Below are positions 36,783 through 47,401 of a stretch of DNA of 64,000 nucleotides, one piece after another; the stretch's first letter is position 1, and each line of letters opens with the position of its first letter. The notes under the pieces are model-generated. The model worked only from the letters and a program-made list of their open reading frames with translations. It ran no database searches and had not been told where the DNA came from. Source of the DNA: a virus (taxonomy: Duplodnaviria > Caudoviricetes); the IMG/VR virus record IMGVR_UViG_3300020045_001587, positions 19,725 to 83,724 of that record; one strand, written 5' to 3'. The position numbers and the translations under genes were made by a program.

Positions 36783-39700
36783 TTAAGCTGGACCAGCAGT
36801 AGTTTGCAGAGACTGGCCGTTAGGTGACATGTCAAGAATTCGCTTGTACAGCTTGCGAATATCGCTCTGCATAGCTGACAACACTTCTAGTGAATCCGCA
36901 TTGGATTTGTTGATATCTGACGATAGTCCACTAATATCAGAACCTTGTACAACACCTTGAGCTTGTTTGGCTGGCAACACCATTTCACCCTTGTGGAGTT
37001 TAGCTGTATAGCCATCAAACGGTACGTTATCAAGTCCATTTGCATGAGAGCCATTAGGATGCGAAGCAAGATACTCTGCTGAAGTGTAGAACCCTTGAGC
37101 CACATCCATAGATGACAAGCCGGATTTAAGCCAGAAATCTACTCCAGATGCTTCACCTTCACGACCAAGAATAACTTGGTAGAGGGTTTTAATATCCTCT
37201 GCTGTAGCTGATTTTGGCGCTTCTACAGGTGCCGTAAGCCCACCGCTAGTTGCAGCAGCTTCGTTCTTTGTAGCAATAGCAGTAAGAATTGAGGAATTAA
37301 AGCTGTCAAGCGCTTTAGCCATACTTGCTGAACTTATTGAGATTCCGTTAAGAACGTCCAGTTGACTCTGTGCCATCGTCAACAGATTATCAAGCCCTTG
37401 AGTAATACTGTCATAGGTATTCTTTGCTATTACTAATTGAGACTTCAAAGCGTCGAGCTGCTTATCACTCACAGTTTTAGCACCTTTAGTAATGTCGTTA
37501 AGCTGATTAACTTTACCTGCTGTAATGCCCTGATCTTTGACATACTCTGCATAAGATGAGTACATGCTGTCACTAGGCTTTGTAATAGTGCTCAAAGCGT
37601 CTTTCAAACTATCTGCTGTAGGTAGTTTTCCAGTTTTAAGTGCTGTATCAAGAGCATCAGAGATTTGTTGCTGTGCTGCTCCACGGCTTGTCATTGTGAC
37701 AGGTGCAGAGGATTTCAACGAATCAACAGTTGATTGCAGAGCATTTGACAAGTCTGTGATGAGTTTGTTGGCAACTTCAGCACTACTAATCTGAGCATTA
37801 AGAATAGCTACTTGAGCGTCGTATGTAGCTTTCGCAGCGTCTTTCTCTGCTTGTACAGAATTCTGAAGAACTTTAAAACTAGCGTCAGCTTGCTTGTAAG
37901 CCATGTCAATAGCTTTTTGCTGGGCTTCTGACAATCCGGTTAAAGCATCTGTTAGACTTGCTGTATAATCTACAACTTGCTTAAACGCTGGAGCCAATTG
38001 CATTAGGCTTTCAAACATTCTGGCTTGTGCAGGGTCGGCAAGGTTTAGACCATTTACTAGCTTCTTGAAGTCTTCTGTAGTTTTTACACTTGAATAACCC
38101 ATCTCAGCCAATGCGGCTGTAACAGCTTTCTGTACAGGAGCAATTTTCTCGGCATCTGTTAAGAAGTTTGTAGCGTAGAATGTTACTTGTGTGTTCAGGG
38201 CAGAAATACCACCAGCCAAGTCTACAAGGTATTGACGAGCTTTAGCGCTTTCTAAGCCAAGCCCACCAAATGCTTTAGCCATATCTTGACCAAGCACATT
38301 AGCAATCTGGTTTGTAGCTGCGAAGGTTTCTGACAAACGCTGCAATGTTCCAGAAGCTGTCTCACCAGATTTAGCAAAATCGCTCAGGTTAGGAATTAGC
38401 TTATTAGCCATATCGTCACCCATACTGTTGAAGAACTTTGCAACAGCATCTTGCTGAATCTTTGTGTTAGATTCAATAATGGCAGCTTGTTCAGCAGCCG
38501 TACCTTTAACTTCTTTTAAACCTTCAAAGGTGATATTGAAATCTCTTGAATAGTTTGTCAGAGCATCAGCAGATACGTTAAGATTCTTGGCAAAGTCTGT
38601 TGAAGTAGCTTTCAAACTCGTCAAGCCAGAGGCGAACGTATTGATAACATCCGTAGCCAAGTCTTGCTTTTCTGTGCCTGACTTATCACTTCTGAACCAT
38701 CCACCGGACTGTTGCCAGTTTTGGTATGATTGACCTGTTACACCAGACTCTGCGATGGTTCCTGAAATACCTTGTGAGGTGACGTTCTTGCTACCCATGC
38801 CGAACGCACGGTTGATAAGACCGCCAATAGCTCCACCAATAGCACCTCCAATTGGGCCTCCAACAATTGAACCAATAATAGCTGAAGTATTAACAACAGC
38901 TTGTCCATGACCACCAACACTGTAATCACCAGATATTGCGTTACCTAACATGTGACCTGCGGCTAACCCACCAGCATAACCTGCTGCTTGCCCTATTGAA
39001 TTAGCTGCTGCGCTATTTTGCCAGAATGTGGCTTCTTGTGCATTTGAAGTTCCTAATGCGTTGAATGTTTTCTGAGCAGCATTGGAAACCATTGTGCTCA
39101 AGCCATCAAAGCCTTTAGAAATTGCACTGTACACGTTAGAGGCAATCTGAGCTAAACCAACAGCACCACTAGCCGTACCTGCCACAGCACCCGGAGAGCT
39201 TGCACCGACAGTAGTTGTAAGTGAAGCAATCGTTCCGCTAATAGGAGCCAGAATAGGCTGCAAAATCATCTTAGCAAAGCCTATTTCCATATCCTTGATA
39301 AGTTTCTTCCAACCTTTGCCACCACCGTCAATGATTGCTTCAGCTAAGTCGTTTCCAATTTGCTTGTTGGCTTGCTTCCAAGCTGTTGTATATTCCTGAG
39401 CAGCTTTGTTGGTAGCTTGTTGGGCTTCGCGTGTTGTTTGTACGTCGCGTAGATCAATCAGAGCTTGCTTCTCATCTTTCAGCTTCTGTATCGTGTCAGC
39501 GCCCACAAATTGATATTCAATTTCCTTATCAATTTCTTTCTGCTTATTGTCAATTGCAGACTGTGTAACTTGATCACGCATTTGTTTGTCAGTCACACCA
39601 GCGGCGCGAGCCGCTTCTGGAAGACGGTTGTAAGCGTCAATTTCATTCTGAATGGCCGCTGTTTTTCCAGTGGTTGCTGCCATGAACTTCTCAAAAGCCC

Positions 39701-42404
39701 TCTGAGAATCTTCAGCTTCTTTTTGGAATACTTTGGCCGTTACATTACCATTCTCTACAATAGCGGCATTTTCTTTAGCTAATTCGTCAACATACTTAGT
39801 GTACAAATCTGACAACTTTTTAGAAAGCTCATTTTTTTCAGTTGCATTCCGTCCAGCTAATACTGAAGACTTAGCAATCGCTTCAGCTTCTTTGACATAA
39901 GTTGAAGTAGTTAAGTCTTGTTCTTCTTTGAGCTTTTTACCCTTAGCACTCACATACTCGAACACTGAGAGTTGTTTTGCTTTATAGGCGTTATCAAAAG
40001 CAACAACTTCACTTTGTAATATCTTCTTCTGTTCTTCGCCAGAAGACCTTAAAGCAGCTAATTCAGCCTCAATTGCAGACAGGCCCATAGCTTTTTCTTT
40101 ACCATCTTTTCCACCGCTATATGTCAAAGTTCCAGCAGTATTTTTAGCAGCTTCAGCAGCCGCTTTTTGAGAATCTAGATATGCTTCTTTTTTCTTCTGT
40201 TCAGCACTGATAATGCGTTGGGTTAGATCAAGAGCTTTCTGATTTTCTGTTGAAGCTTTGTTTTGAGCATCGGTAAGCGCCTTCGTAGCGGAAGCAAGCT
40301 CTGTCGCCTCTTTACTTCTTAGTTTGTCAAACGTGTAGTCTTGAATGGCTTTCGCATCGTAGGCTTTCTGAGCAGCATCTTTTGCTTTCTGAGCAGTAGC
40401 CACTTCATTTGCGTTATTTAAACGCATTCTTGACAGTGCCTGATCCTTCAGAGACAGTGACATAGCATCCGATTCAGTCCTACCCTCTGTCATTAACTTA
40501 TTGACTTTATCAAGCCTGTCAGCTTCGTCTTCTAGCGATTTTAAGAATGATGTATTATAAGTGTCGCTTAACTTTCTGGTATTATCATCTGTTTCTTTTG
40601 TATGCAACGCCAGCAGGCTCATACCAATAGTAATTGCTGTAAGTACAGCGCCTACTCCGGGAAGCAATCTTAATGCCATGCCAACAGCACCTACGCCTAC
40701 GGCTGCACCGTTTGCAGCAACCTGTACAACACCTAGGCTAACAGCAATCCCTGTGAGTCCTCTGGTAACAAGTTCAAATAGGTTTGCACCTAATGTTGCA
40801 GCCTTGAACACAACAAAGGCTTCAATCAAGTATCCTAGTGCTGTGGTGTTTTCTGCAATAAACTGTGCAATACTTCCAATACCAGAAGCAATGTTTTGGA
40901 TTCCTGTGATAAACTCTTGTGACGCAAATACAGACTTCATGTTTGATGTAAACACAAGCATCTGTGGAGCCATTCCTTCAAATGCCTTTGAGAAACTAGT
41001 TTTAAGAGTGTTAGCAACAGAATCTAATTGTTTCTGTGTTGTAAGACCTAATTGAGCCGCTTGCAATGCTGCCGTACCCGCCGCCTCTGCAATTTGTCCC
41101 TGTACTTCACGCAATCTATTTGAATACTTTTCGGTGTCATCAGCAGCAGAATTAACTAGATCACGCAAGCCCTCTACATCTCGCAATGCACGCTCACCGA
41201 ATATATTCATAATGAAGTTTTGCTGCGACTTCAAATCATACTTATTCAGCTTACTCGTAAATTCTTCGTAGGCAGCAATCAGAGGTTTTGCTCTGCCCTC
41301 GGCGTCAGTAAAGCTCATCCCAAGTTCATCTAATGCGTCCTTAGCCTTCTTAGTACTACCTACCGCATTAGCATAGAAGTTTGTGATAGCCGTACCTGCT
41401 GCTGTATTCTTAATACCAAGCTGTGCAAGAGCAGCAGTTTGTGTAAGAATATCCTCAAATGTAGCTCCGTACAATTTATTTACGACAGATGCACGCTTGA
41501 CAGCCTCTGAGATAGAGTCAACAGATGCCAGAGAAGTGTTAGCTGCGGCTGTAATTCCGTCTGCTAAATAGTCAAAGTCCTTTGCTGTAGCTCCGACAGC
41601 AGAACCAATAGTAACTAAAGATTCTGCTGCTTTTTCAATAGTTGATCCACCAGCGGTAGCTAGATTGATCGCAGAACCAATAGCCAGTGTTGACTCTTTA
41701 GCTTTCAAGCCTGCCAGAATCAGGGCATCAAAAGCTTTTGCAACTTCTTGTGGCCCGTAAACACCTTCTCCAATTTTGTACACTGAGTCACGAATCGCTA
41801 TCATTTCTTCTGTAGTAGCTGCACCACGGACACGAATACTCTCCAAAGTATTTTCAACATCCGAGCCAACAGATACAATACTTTTCAAAGATTGACCAAT
41901 AGCAAGACCGACTGCCATGCCTGCAAAGTTACCGTAAGTAACCCACAACGCACCAAAGGAGCCAGATAAACCTCGTGCGAGTGCATGAGCCTCTTGCATA
42001 GCTTCATTGTTTGAGCGATGAGCCCTTTCTACGACTTGCAGATTTGCGCTAACTTGTGGAAGGGATACAGCCAATGCTTGCATTGCTATAGCAAGAGAAA
42101 ACACGCTAGAAGTAATGGCAGCTTGTGTAGCTGTGACAGATCGCATTGCATTCGCGTATGCGTTACTTTGCGTGACGTTTTCACGTAACTGGTCTGACTG
42201 CTTGCGGTAGCTTGCCAAAGCGGAATCTAATGCGGAAGCAAGAGCTTTGGCAGATTCTCCACCCGATTTGTTTGCGGTAGATAATTGACCCGTTGCTTTC
42301 TCTGCTTTGGTGGAAGCATCCGTCAGGTTGTTAAGGGACTTAGTGGTAGCATCAATACCGTCCGATACCACTTTTACAATAAGACTATTTACGTCAGCAG
42401 CCAT
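36783..42404 (-). CDS. tape measure protein
   Basis: 1873 aa, Ala-rich helical, central TM block, located after the tail chaperones; C-terminal VPFDGY.A.LHKGE.V.P motif. Confidence 0.95.
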   Translation of the reverse strand: MAADVNSLIVKVVSDGIDATTKSLNNLTDASTKAEKATGQLSTANKSGGESAKALASALDSALASYRKQSDQLRENVTQSNAYANAMRSVTATQAAITSSVFSLAIAMQALAVSLPQVSANLQVVERAHRSNNEAMQEAHALARGLSGSFGALWVTYGNFAGMAVGLAIGQSLKSIVSVGSDVENTLESIRVRGAATTEEMIAIRDSVYKIGEGVYGPQEVAKAFDALILAGLKAKESTLAIGSAINLATAGGSTIEKAAESLVTIGSAVGATAKDFDYLADGITAAANTSLASVDSISEAVKRASVVNKLYGATFEDILTQTAALAQLGIKNTAAGTAITNFYANAVGSTKKAKDALDELGMSFTDAEGRAKPLIAAYEEFTSKLNKYDLKSQQNFIMNIFGERALRDVEGLRDLVNSAADDTEKYSNRLREVQGQIAEAAGTAALQAAQLGLTTQKQLDSVANTLKTSFSKAFEGMAPQMLVFTSNMKSVFASQEFITGIQNIASGIGSIAQFIAENTTALGYLIEAFVVFKAATLGANLFELVTRGLTGIAVSLGVVQVAANGAAVGVGAVGMALRLLPGVGAVLTAITIGMSLLALHTKETDDNTRKLSDTYNTSFLKSLEDEADRLDKVNKLMTEGRTESDAMSLSLKDQALSRMRLNNANEVATAQKAKDAAQKAYDAKAIQDYTFDKLRSKEATELASATKALTDAQNKASTENQKALDLTQRIISAEQKKKEAYLDSQKAAAEAAKNTAGTLTYSGGKDGKEKAMGLSAIEAELAALRSSGEEQKKILQSEVVAFDNAYKAKQLSVFEYVSAKGKKLKEEQDLTTSTYVKEAEAIAKSSVLAGRNATEKNELSKKLSDLYTKYVDELAKENAAIVENGNVTAKVFQKEAEDSQRAFEKFMAATTGKTAAIQNEIDAYNRLPEAARAAGVTDKQMRDQVTQSAIDNKQKEIDKEIEYQFVGADTIQKLKDEKQALIDLRDVQTTREAQQATNKAAQEYTTAWKQANKQIGNDLAEAIIDGGGKGWKKLIKDMEIGFAKMILQPILAPISGTIASLTTTVGASSPGAVAGTASGAVGLAQIASNVYSAISKGFDGLSTMVSNAAQKTFNALGTSNAQEATFWQNSAAANSIGQAAGYAGGLAAGHMLGNAISGDYSVGGHGQAVVNTSAIIGSIVGGPIGGAIGGAIGGLINRAFGMGSKNVTSQGISGTIAESGVTGQSYQNWQQSGGWFRSDKSGTEKQDLATDVINTFASGLTSLKATSTDFAKNLNVSADALTNYSRDFNITFEGLKEVKGTAAEQAAIIESNTKIQQDAVAKFFNSMGDDMANKLIPNLSDFAKSGETASGTLQRLSETFAATNQIANVLGQDMAKAFGGLGLESAKARQYLVDLAGGISALNTQVTFYATNFLTDAEKIAPVQKAVTAALAEMGYSSVKTTEDFKKLVNGLNLADPAQARMFESLMQLAPAFKQVVDYTASLTDALTGLSEAQQKAIDMAYKQADASFKVLQNSVQAEKDAAKATYDAQVAILNAQISSAEVANKLITDLSNALQSTVDSLKSSAPVTMTSRGAAQQQISDALDTALKTGKLPTADSLKDALSTITKPSDSMYSSYAEYVKDQGITAGKVNQLNDITKGAKTVSDKQLDALKSQLVIAKNTYDSITQGLDNLLTMAQSQLDVLNGISISSASMAKALDSFNSSILTAIATKNEAAATSGGLTAPVEAPKSATAEDIKTLYQVILGREGEASGVDFWLKSGLSSMDVAQGFYTSAEYLASHPNGSHANGLDNVPFDGYTAKLHKGEMVLPAKQAQGVVQGSDISGLSSDINKSNADSLEVLSAMQSDIRKLYKRILDMSPNGQSLQTTAGPA

Positions 42405-42423
42405 TATATTCCCTTAACATATT

Positions 42424-42966
42424 CTATTTATTATGTACAAACTTAGCAAGGAAGTCCTCACCAAATGCTGTACTCTCAGCCAGCGCGTCAACTTCATCCA
42501 AGAATATTTCTTTAGGACAAGGGGCATCAGGCTCTGAGGCACTGTGATATTCTCCACAATACTCTCTACTCAATTGCATAATTATTTCTAGCTCATAATC
42601 TACAAGCGTATTCTGTTTCAGGATGTGAGGAACTTTTGTGACGCTAATCACATTCCCTTCACCGTCCTTTGTAACACTGTCAAGCCATTCTACGTATTGT
42701 TCTGTGTAGAACCTATCAGCCCAAGCAATAACCTCACTCCAAAGCAAAGGAGCAACACCCATGCCACTCTGAGAAACACTACCTACTTCTCTCCAAAGTT
42801 TCACAAGATGTTGCTCATAGTCATCCAATTCTGGAGGCTCTAGGTATGCTGTTCCCTCTACCATTGTTTCTCTGCGTGGCTTGCTTTGCTCTTTTGGAGT
42901 TGCGTTTAGCCACGCAGAGTGTCGGACGTAGAGGGAAAGGTTATTTCTTAGGCTTGCAAGAAAGAA
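42424..42966 (-). CDS. tail assembly chaperone -1 frameshift extension (gpT-like)
   Basis: The -1 frame is open from 42966 (LYVRHSAWLNATP) and continues into ORF 42424-42864. Confidence 0.7.
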   Translation of the reverse strand, partial: FFLASLRNNLSLYVRHSAWLNATPKEQSKPRRETMVEGTAYLEPPELDDYEQHLVKLWREVGSVSQSGMGVAPLLWSEVIAWADRFYTEQYVEWLDSVTKDGEGNVISVTKVPHILKQNTLVDYELEIIMQLSREYCGEYHSASEPDAPCPKEIFLDEVDALAESTAFGEDFLAKFVHNK

Positions 42967-43361
42967 TCAACACTGCCGAACGCAGATGCGACCTGCGACG
43001 TCACCCAATCAAGGTTAGGGTTAGCGTACAGTTGTTCATAAGCCTCAAAACTATCAAGAGGAACACCACCCATGTTCAGATTCGTGATAGACTTGGTGAT
43101 GGTGGCGTAGAACTCAGCGTTACTTGCTAGCACTTCTTCAGCAGTTGGGGTTTTCTCAGCTTTACCAGCTTTCTGCTTCAGAGCATTCTTACGTGCTTGG
43201 GTAGCCATGTAATTACGGAAAACTTTAGACGACTTGCCGTACACTTCAATCATCACTGGCTTGCTTTCGTCGTCATCTGCGAAGATTGGGCCGTTGACAG
43301 GGTGTTCCAGTTGGAAGGCTGTGGTTTCGGAAAGTTGGGTGTTAAGAATGTCAAAACTCAT
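42948..43361 (-). CDS. tail assembly chaperone (gpG-like)
   Basis: SD AAGGA, MSFDIL; located between the tube and TMP genes. Confidence 0.8.
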   Translation of the reverse strand: MSFDILNTQLSETTAFQLEHPVNGPIFADDDESKPVMIEVYGKSSKVFRNYMATQARKNALKQKAGKAEKTPTAEEVLASNAEFYATITKSITNLNMGGVPLDSFEAYEQLYANPNLDWVTSQVASAFGSVDSFLQA

Positions 43362-43513
43362 ATTATTGTTCCTTGGTATGGTGGTGGATAACTTTTGGCG
43401 ATATGCCGTTTTATTGGCTTGATTGTTCAAGCTCTTTGGTATATAATTCTGAAACACTAGATGGGAAGCCGGTAAGAGCCGGCAATTCCCGTAGTGTTAA
43501 AACATTAAGCTAT

Positions 43514-43954
43514 TTAGACGACTACAATGTCACCGGTAACTTCAAGATTTGATTCAAAGGTTGTAACAACGGCTGCTGTACCAACGACAGTCTTATATGA
43601 ACTAACCAAAACCTGACAATAGATGATAGTTCCGGTTTGCAATACGATTTTTGCAGCATAAGGTGCATAAACTCCAACAGCATTATTCAGGAGAGTCTGA
43701 CCTGCGTCAGAAGTTTGACGAGCACCTTTCAGTGCAATCTGCCCATTATCTTTTGTAGTCTTGAGCTTGAAAACGATACCACTGTCTACCGGAATGTGTT
43801 GCGTAACTGCAACAACTGGTCCCACCGAACCAATGTCTGTAACTTCTGAAATCTTCGTGAAAGTTAGTGCTCCGAACCCTGCAGCGTCGATGGTAGCCGG
43901 GACACCGGCAGAAATCGAGATAGTAGTACCTGCACTTGTAAATGGAATTGCCAT
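43514..43954 (-). CDS. major tail tube protein (siphovirus)
   Basis: TSAGTTISISAG.PAT.D..GF.AL.F..I.EV.DIG..G; gene position. Confidence 0.85.
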   Translation of the reverse strand: MAIPFTSAGTTISISAGVPATIDAAGFGALTFTKISEVTDIGSVGPVVAVTQHIPVDSGIVFKLKTTKDNGQIALKGARQTSDAGQTLLNNAVGVYAPYAAKIVLQTGTIIYCQVLVSSYKTVVGTAAVVTTFESNLEVTGDIVVV

Positions 43955-43987
43955 TTGTATTTCCTTTTATGTTATAATTGTTAGCTA

Positions 43988-44347
43988 TTATTGTAGAACA
44001 ACAGCTTTGACTTTTGCACCAGTTGCAGCAGTGATAGCAACAGCACCTTGCAGGAAAGCACTAATGTTATCCAGCATCACAAATGCAAAACCACCAGCAG
44101 GGACTGAGACAGCGTAGCCAGAAGCTACAGAAACAGTGGTATCACCAGCACCTGAGACAGGGATAGTGGTGCCAGAAGCCCCATCAATCGTCACTACAAT
44201 CGGAGATACATCAGTATTGAAAAGTGCCAGTTCTTGCTTGCTACCTTGCGACCACACCAGCGAATCGCCTGAAGTTGCTAGCGTTACTGCTGTTGGGAAG
44301 AATGCGCCTGCATAAGAGCCACGCGATACATTTGAGACTACAGCCAT
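43988..44347 (-). CDS. virion structural protein, hypothetical
   Basis: Beta-rich, Ala/Val/Gly-rich; SD AAGGA. Confidence 0.7.
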   Translation of the reverse strand: MAVVSNVSRGSYAGAFFPTAVTLATSGDSLVWSQGSKQELALFNTDVSPIVVTIDGASGTTIPVSGAGDTTVSVASGYAVSVPAGGFAFVMLDNISAFLQGAVAITAATGAKVKAVVLQ

Positions 44348-44386
44348 GATTATTTCCTTTTGTTATGTTAAATTTTATTGCATGGC

Positions 44387-44794
44387 TTATGCCGTGCTCT
44401 CTACTCGGTAGGGACAACTAGTGGGAATGCATCCCCAACCATCTGCCGCTAACGTAAATCTTCCCGTATTGACAGGACTCTCGATTGAAACATTCCCCAC
44501 TTTAGGTAATACTGTAAATGTCTTAACAATCAGTGCAGCAATAGCGTCAGCCTTACCGACACCTTGTCCGCTAGGAACCCATACATTAATAGCAATAGTT
44601 CCTCGCTCTCGATTCCTTGTAGCATCTAAGGATACTGTAATAGTTCCTGCTGACACTAAATAGCATTCAAGAAAAGGGACATTGACAGGTCTTGTGAAAG
44701 GGACATTCTCGTAGGCTACAGCTAATGGAGGCGTTTGAGCCGCTGCAAATGCTGCCACACGGCCTTCAATTTCTTGTCTAGTTGAAAGGGTCAT
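44387..44794 (-). CDS. tail terminator
   Basis: VAYENVPF..G...INVWVP.G.G...AD..A. Confidence 0.8.
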   Translation of the reverse strand: MTLSTRQEIEGRVAAFAAAQTPPLAVAYENVPFTRPVNVPFLECYLVSAGTITVSLDATRNRERGTIAINVWVPSGQGVGKADAIAALIVKTFTVLPKVGNVSIESPVNTGRFTLAADGWGCIPTSCPYRVESTA

Positions 44795-44803
44795 GTGAGC
44801 CTG

Positions 44804-45253
44804 TTAAGAATATTTATTAAGAATTTGTTGCATTGACGTTGATGTGAAATAATAAGGCTTGATGTTGTTTGACCACACCCACCCCGTATCATTTGTAGGA
44901 TCACCTGAAGGCCAACCTACTACGTCTGCACGATACGCCCACTTTGTTGTATTCGTAAGATACACAACATTATCCTTGCCAAAGAACGGCTTTGATGATA
45001 TAGTGGAGTCAATACGTGAAAGACTGTCTACACCAGAAGCGTCTACAGAACCTGAGAAGGAACTGTCAGGAGCGCCTACAGAAGAATACCAATTGTTCTT
45101 GATTGTACCAACAGAATATCCACCTTTACCAGATGGTGTAGGTGACAGGTGGACGTTAGTTTTGAATAAATCTTCAGCAACTTTAGCTGTGCTGTCAGAC
45201 ATTGCTTGGACAATGTTGTCACAAGACTTTCTCATATTATCTGCAAAGCCCAT
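44804..45253 (-). CDS. neck/tail completion protein (HK97 gp10-like)
   Basis: SP...G..KNNW..S.G..YLTN...YA pattern; gene position. Confidence 0.7.
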   Translation of the reverse strand: MGFADNMRKSCDNIVQAMSDSTAKVAEDLFKTNVHLSPTPSGKGGYSVGTIKNNWYSSVGAPDSSFSGSVDASGVDSLSRIDSTISSKPFFGKDNVVYLTNTTKWAYRADVVGWPSGDPTNDTGWVWSNNIKPYYFTSTSMQQILNKYS

Positions 45254-45295
45254 TATATGCCTTATAGGTTATAATGGAAGCCTTTGTTAGCAACC

Positions 45296-45323
45296 ATTAT
45301 AACAGATTTTTGTCAGTTGTCAA
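45296..45323 (-). promoter_or_regulatory. putative late promoter, 16-bp spacer class
   Basis: TTGACA-ACTGACAAAAATCTGT-TATAAT. Confidence 0.75.
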
Positions 45324-45330
45324 GAGTTAA

Positions 45331-45720
45331 TTACAAACTGTCTGCAAGTATCCACAAGTCATCTAGTGCTTCATCAGATACTTTTAACACAGACGCTAAA
45401 GTGGCTACAACAGGGTTGTCCCTACGAAACTCGGTAGAGAACTCATACCAATCTTTAGTATCTTGATTTGATATAGATACTTGTGTTTCTACTTTAGTTC
45501 GCAGAGACATTTTAGTAAGAGCTTGACGAATCTGGCGAGGGCTTACAGATTGTGGTACAATTTTAGGAGGTACAAAAGGGATAGCAACCCATTCTTCAAT
45601 AGTGGCTTCACCAATCACATTGAAAGGATATTCAGTACCATCACATACGTAGCGATCTGAAGTTTCTTCAATAAAATTGAAAGGGCCATAAGTCGCGCCA
45701 GTAGTTTTTAATTGCTTCAT
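45331..45720 (-). CDS. tail fibre assembly chaperone-like protein
   Basis: PQSVSPRQIRQAL..WYEFSTEFRRDNP.V..L...L...D.LW. Confidence 0.7.
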   Translation of the reverse strand: MKQLKTTGATYGPFNFIEETSDRYVCDGTEYPFNVIGEATIEEWVAIPFVPPKIVPQSVSPRQIRQALTKMSLRTKVETQVSISNQDTKDWYEFSTEFRRDNPVVATLASVLKVSDEALDDLWILADSL

Positions 45721-47399
45721 TCTGCTGCCTCGATTCTTGAGATATTCCCTCTGATCTGCGTGAAGGATGCAGGAGAGCTTGTAGCCCAGAGTTCTCTTGA
45801 CAATCCCTGAATATAGAACTTAGATGCACCCGTAGCACTTGATACAGTAGACTTAATAGGTAGTGGTTGCATATATGTAAACGAGTTGGGTGTAATACGA
45901 ATATCATACGGAGGTGCCACATTACCTGTAGTAGACGCACCATACGTAGGGATATAGATAGAACTTCCCGCAACAATAAATGTTCCAGACATAACGTTAT
46001 CACTGTCAGTCCCTACTGGGAGTTGGGCTGAAGCATTCTGATACGGGATATTTTTCAAATTTCCGGGTGACAAGCCAGAACAGTCTATTTGAGATACTAA
46101 ATCGAAACTCCCTGCCCCTCTTGTACCTAATGTTCCAAAAAATGCTGTGTTACCGTCAACGTAATAAGCAATAGGAGTCTGCCCGTTACTTGCTGATTGA
46201 GCAGTAGATATAGATGCCGTTCCTGATGTATCTATGAGCAGTGCCCAATTTGCCCCTGTTGCAATGCAGGTTTTTGTTGAGCCGACATGCAGCATCTCGT
46301 AAGAACCTTGCGCAGTACCTATACTAACTGTGCTAAAAGCCTCGGTAGTTCCAGTTAATTTTGAAATTGATACTGTGAAAGTAGTATTGGTATATATAAT
46401 TACTAAATTACCACTCCCGTTTAAACTAGCTTTCCATGTAGCTGCTGTAGTGGGGGCTGTTGCTGCTGCTCCTGCTGTCAAGGTACTTCCAGAGACAGTG
46501 TATGGTACGACTGCGATCTGTGACGCTGTTGCGACAACACAACGCACAATAGAGCCTGCTACAAAGATTGAAGGAGATGTTGCCACTGATGCAACAATAC
46601 TCTCTGATCCAATTGTCGGTACAGTCCCAGAGATAGTTATTGCAACAACAGCAGAAGTCGTTGTAGCACGTGAATAAGCAAGTATGAAGCTACTACCGAC
46701 AGCAATCATTCTACCAAATCCGGCAATAGTCCCTGCTAGTGTTGCCGTAACGGCTGTATTAACGGCGATAGACGTTCCTGACAAACTCAATGTCACTGCT
46801 TGAAAACCTGTAGTAGAGTCACAAGAAGTTACTAAAATCTGGTCAGTATTTGATAGAATAGCCTTTGAGTAGGAAGCTGATGCTCTAATAAGTACAGGAC
46901 TACCCCAAGTGAGTGTATGAGAGTTGTAGACAATCCCGTAATGACCTACTCCCTGCCCAGACAATAAGAAAAATGTTCGGCTGTCATCCACTACAACTCT
47001 AGACAACGGACTAGCAAGTACACCCGGCATATCGACTTGTGCAGTAACCCCCAATTTCTCAAGTCCATAAGGACTCCACACACCGGCTGAAGTAGAATTA
47101 TCCGCACAACCAATTACAGAGCCTGTTCCGGGACGAATCCAGCCGAGCTTCTTTCCTGTGCTGTCCGTTACCCCGTAGTCATACTCTCCAGCATTGAAGA
47201 TGCTAAATGGTGCCGTCCCCTTGGTCATTGTTGTACCAACAGGAAGCACAGCATACATTCCGGGTGATGCTGGAGTAACAACCATTGCTGCTGGTGAAGA
47301 AGCTGTCAGTGTTACTCCTGTGGTGATCGTAGTGCCACCTGTACCGCTACCAGAGCCACCTGATGATCCCGCTGGTGTTCCATAAGAAATTTGTGCTAT
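45717..47399 (-). CDS. fibre/receptor-binding-like protein, probable ATA start, 560 aa
   Basis: Gly/Ser/Thr-rich beta repeats; the frame is open 38 codons upstream of the tracked ATG to an ATA with SD AGGAG. Confidence 0.7.
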   Translation of the reverse strand: MAQISYGTPAGSSGGSGSGTGGTTITTGVTLTASSPAAMVVTPASPGMYAVLPVGTTMTKGTAPFSIFNAGEYDYGVTDSTGKKLGWIRPGTGSVIGCADNSTSAGVWSPYGLEKLGVTAQVDMPGVLASPLSRVVVDDSRTFFLLSGQGVGHYGIVYNSHTLTWGSPVLIRASASYSKAILSNTDQILVTSCDSTTGFQAVTLSLSGTSIAVNTAVTATLAGTIAGFGRMIAVGSSFILAYSRATTTSAVVAITISGTVPTIGSESIVASVATSPSIFVAGSIVRCVVATASQIAVVPYTVSGSTLTAGAAATAPTTAATWKASLNGSGNLVIIYTNTTFTVSISKLTGTTEAFSTVSIGTAQGSYEMLHVGSTKTCIATGANWALLIDTSGTASISTAQSASNGQTPIAYYVDGNTAFFGTLGTRGAGSFDLVSQIDCSGLSPGNLKNIPYQNASAQLPVGTDSDNVMSGTFIVAGSSIYIPTYGASTTGNVAPPYDIRITPNSFTYMQPLPIKSTVSSATGASKFYIQGLSRELWATSSPASFTQIRGNISRIEAAE

Positions 47400-47401
47400 G
47401 G

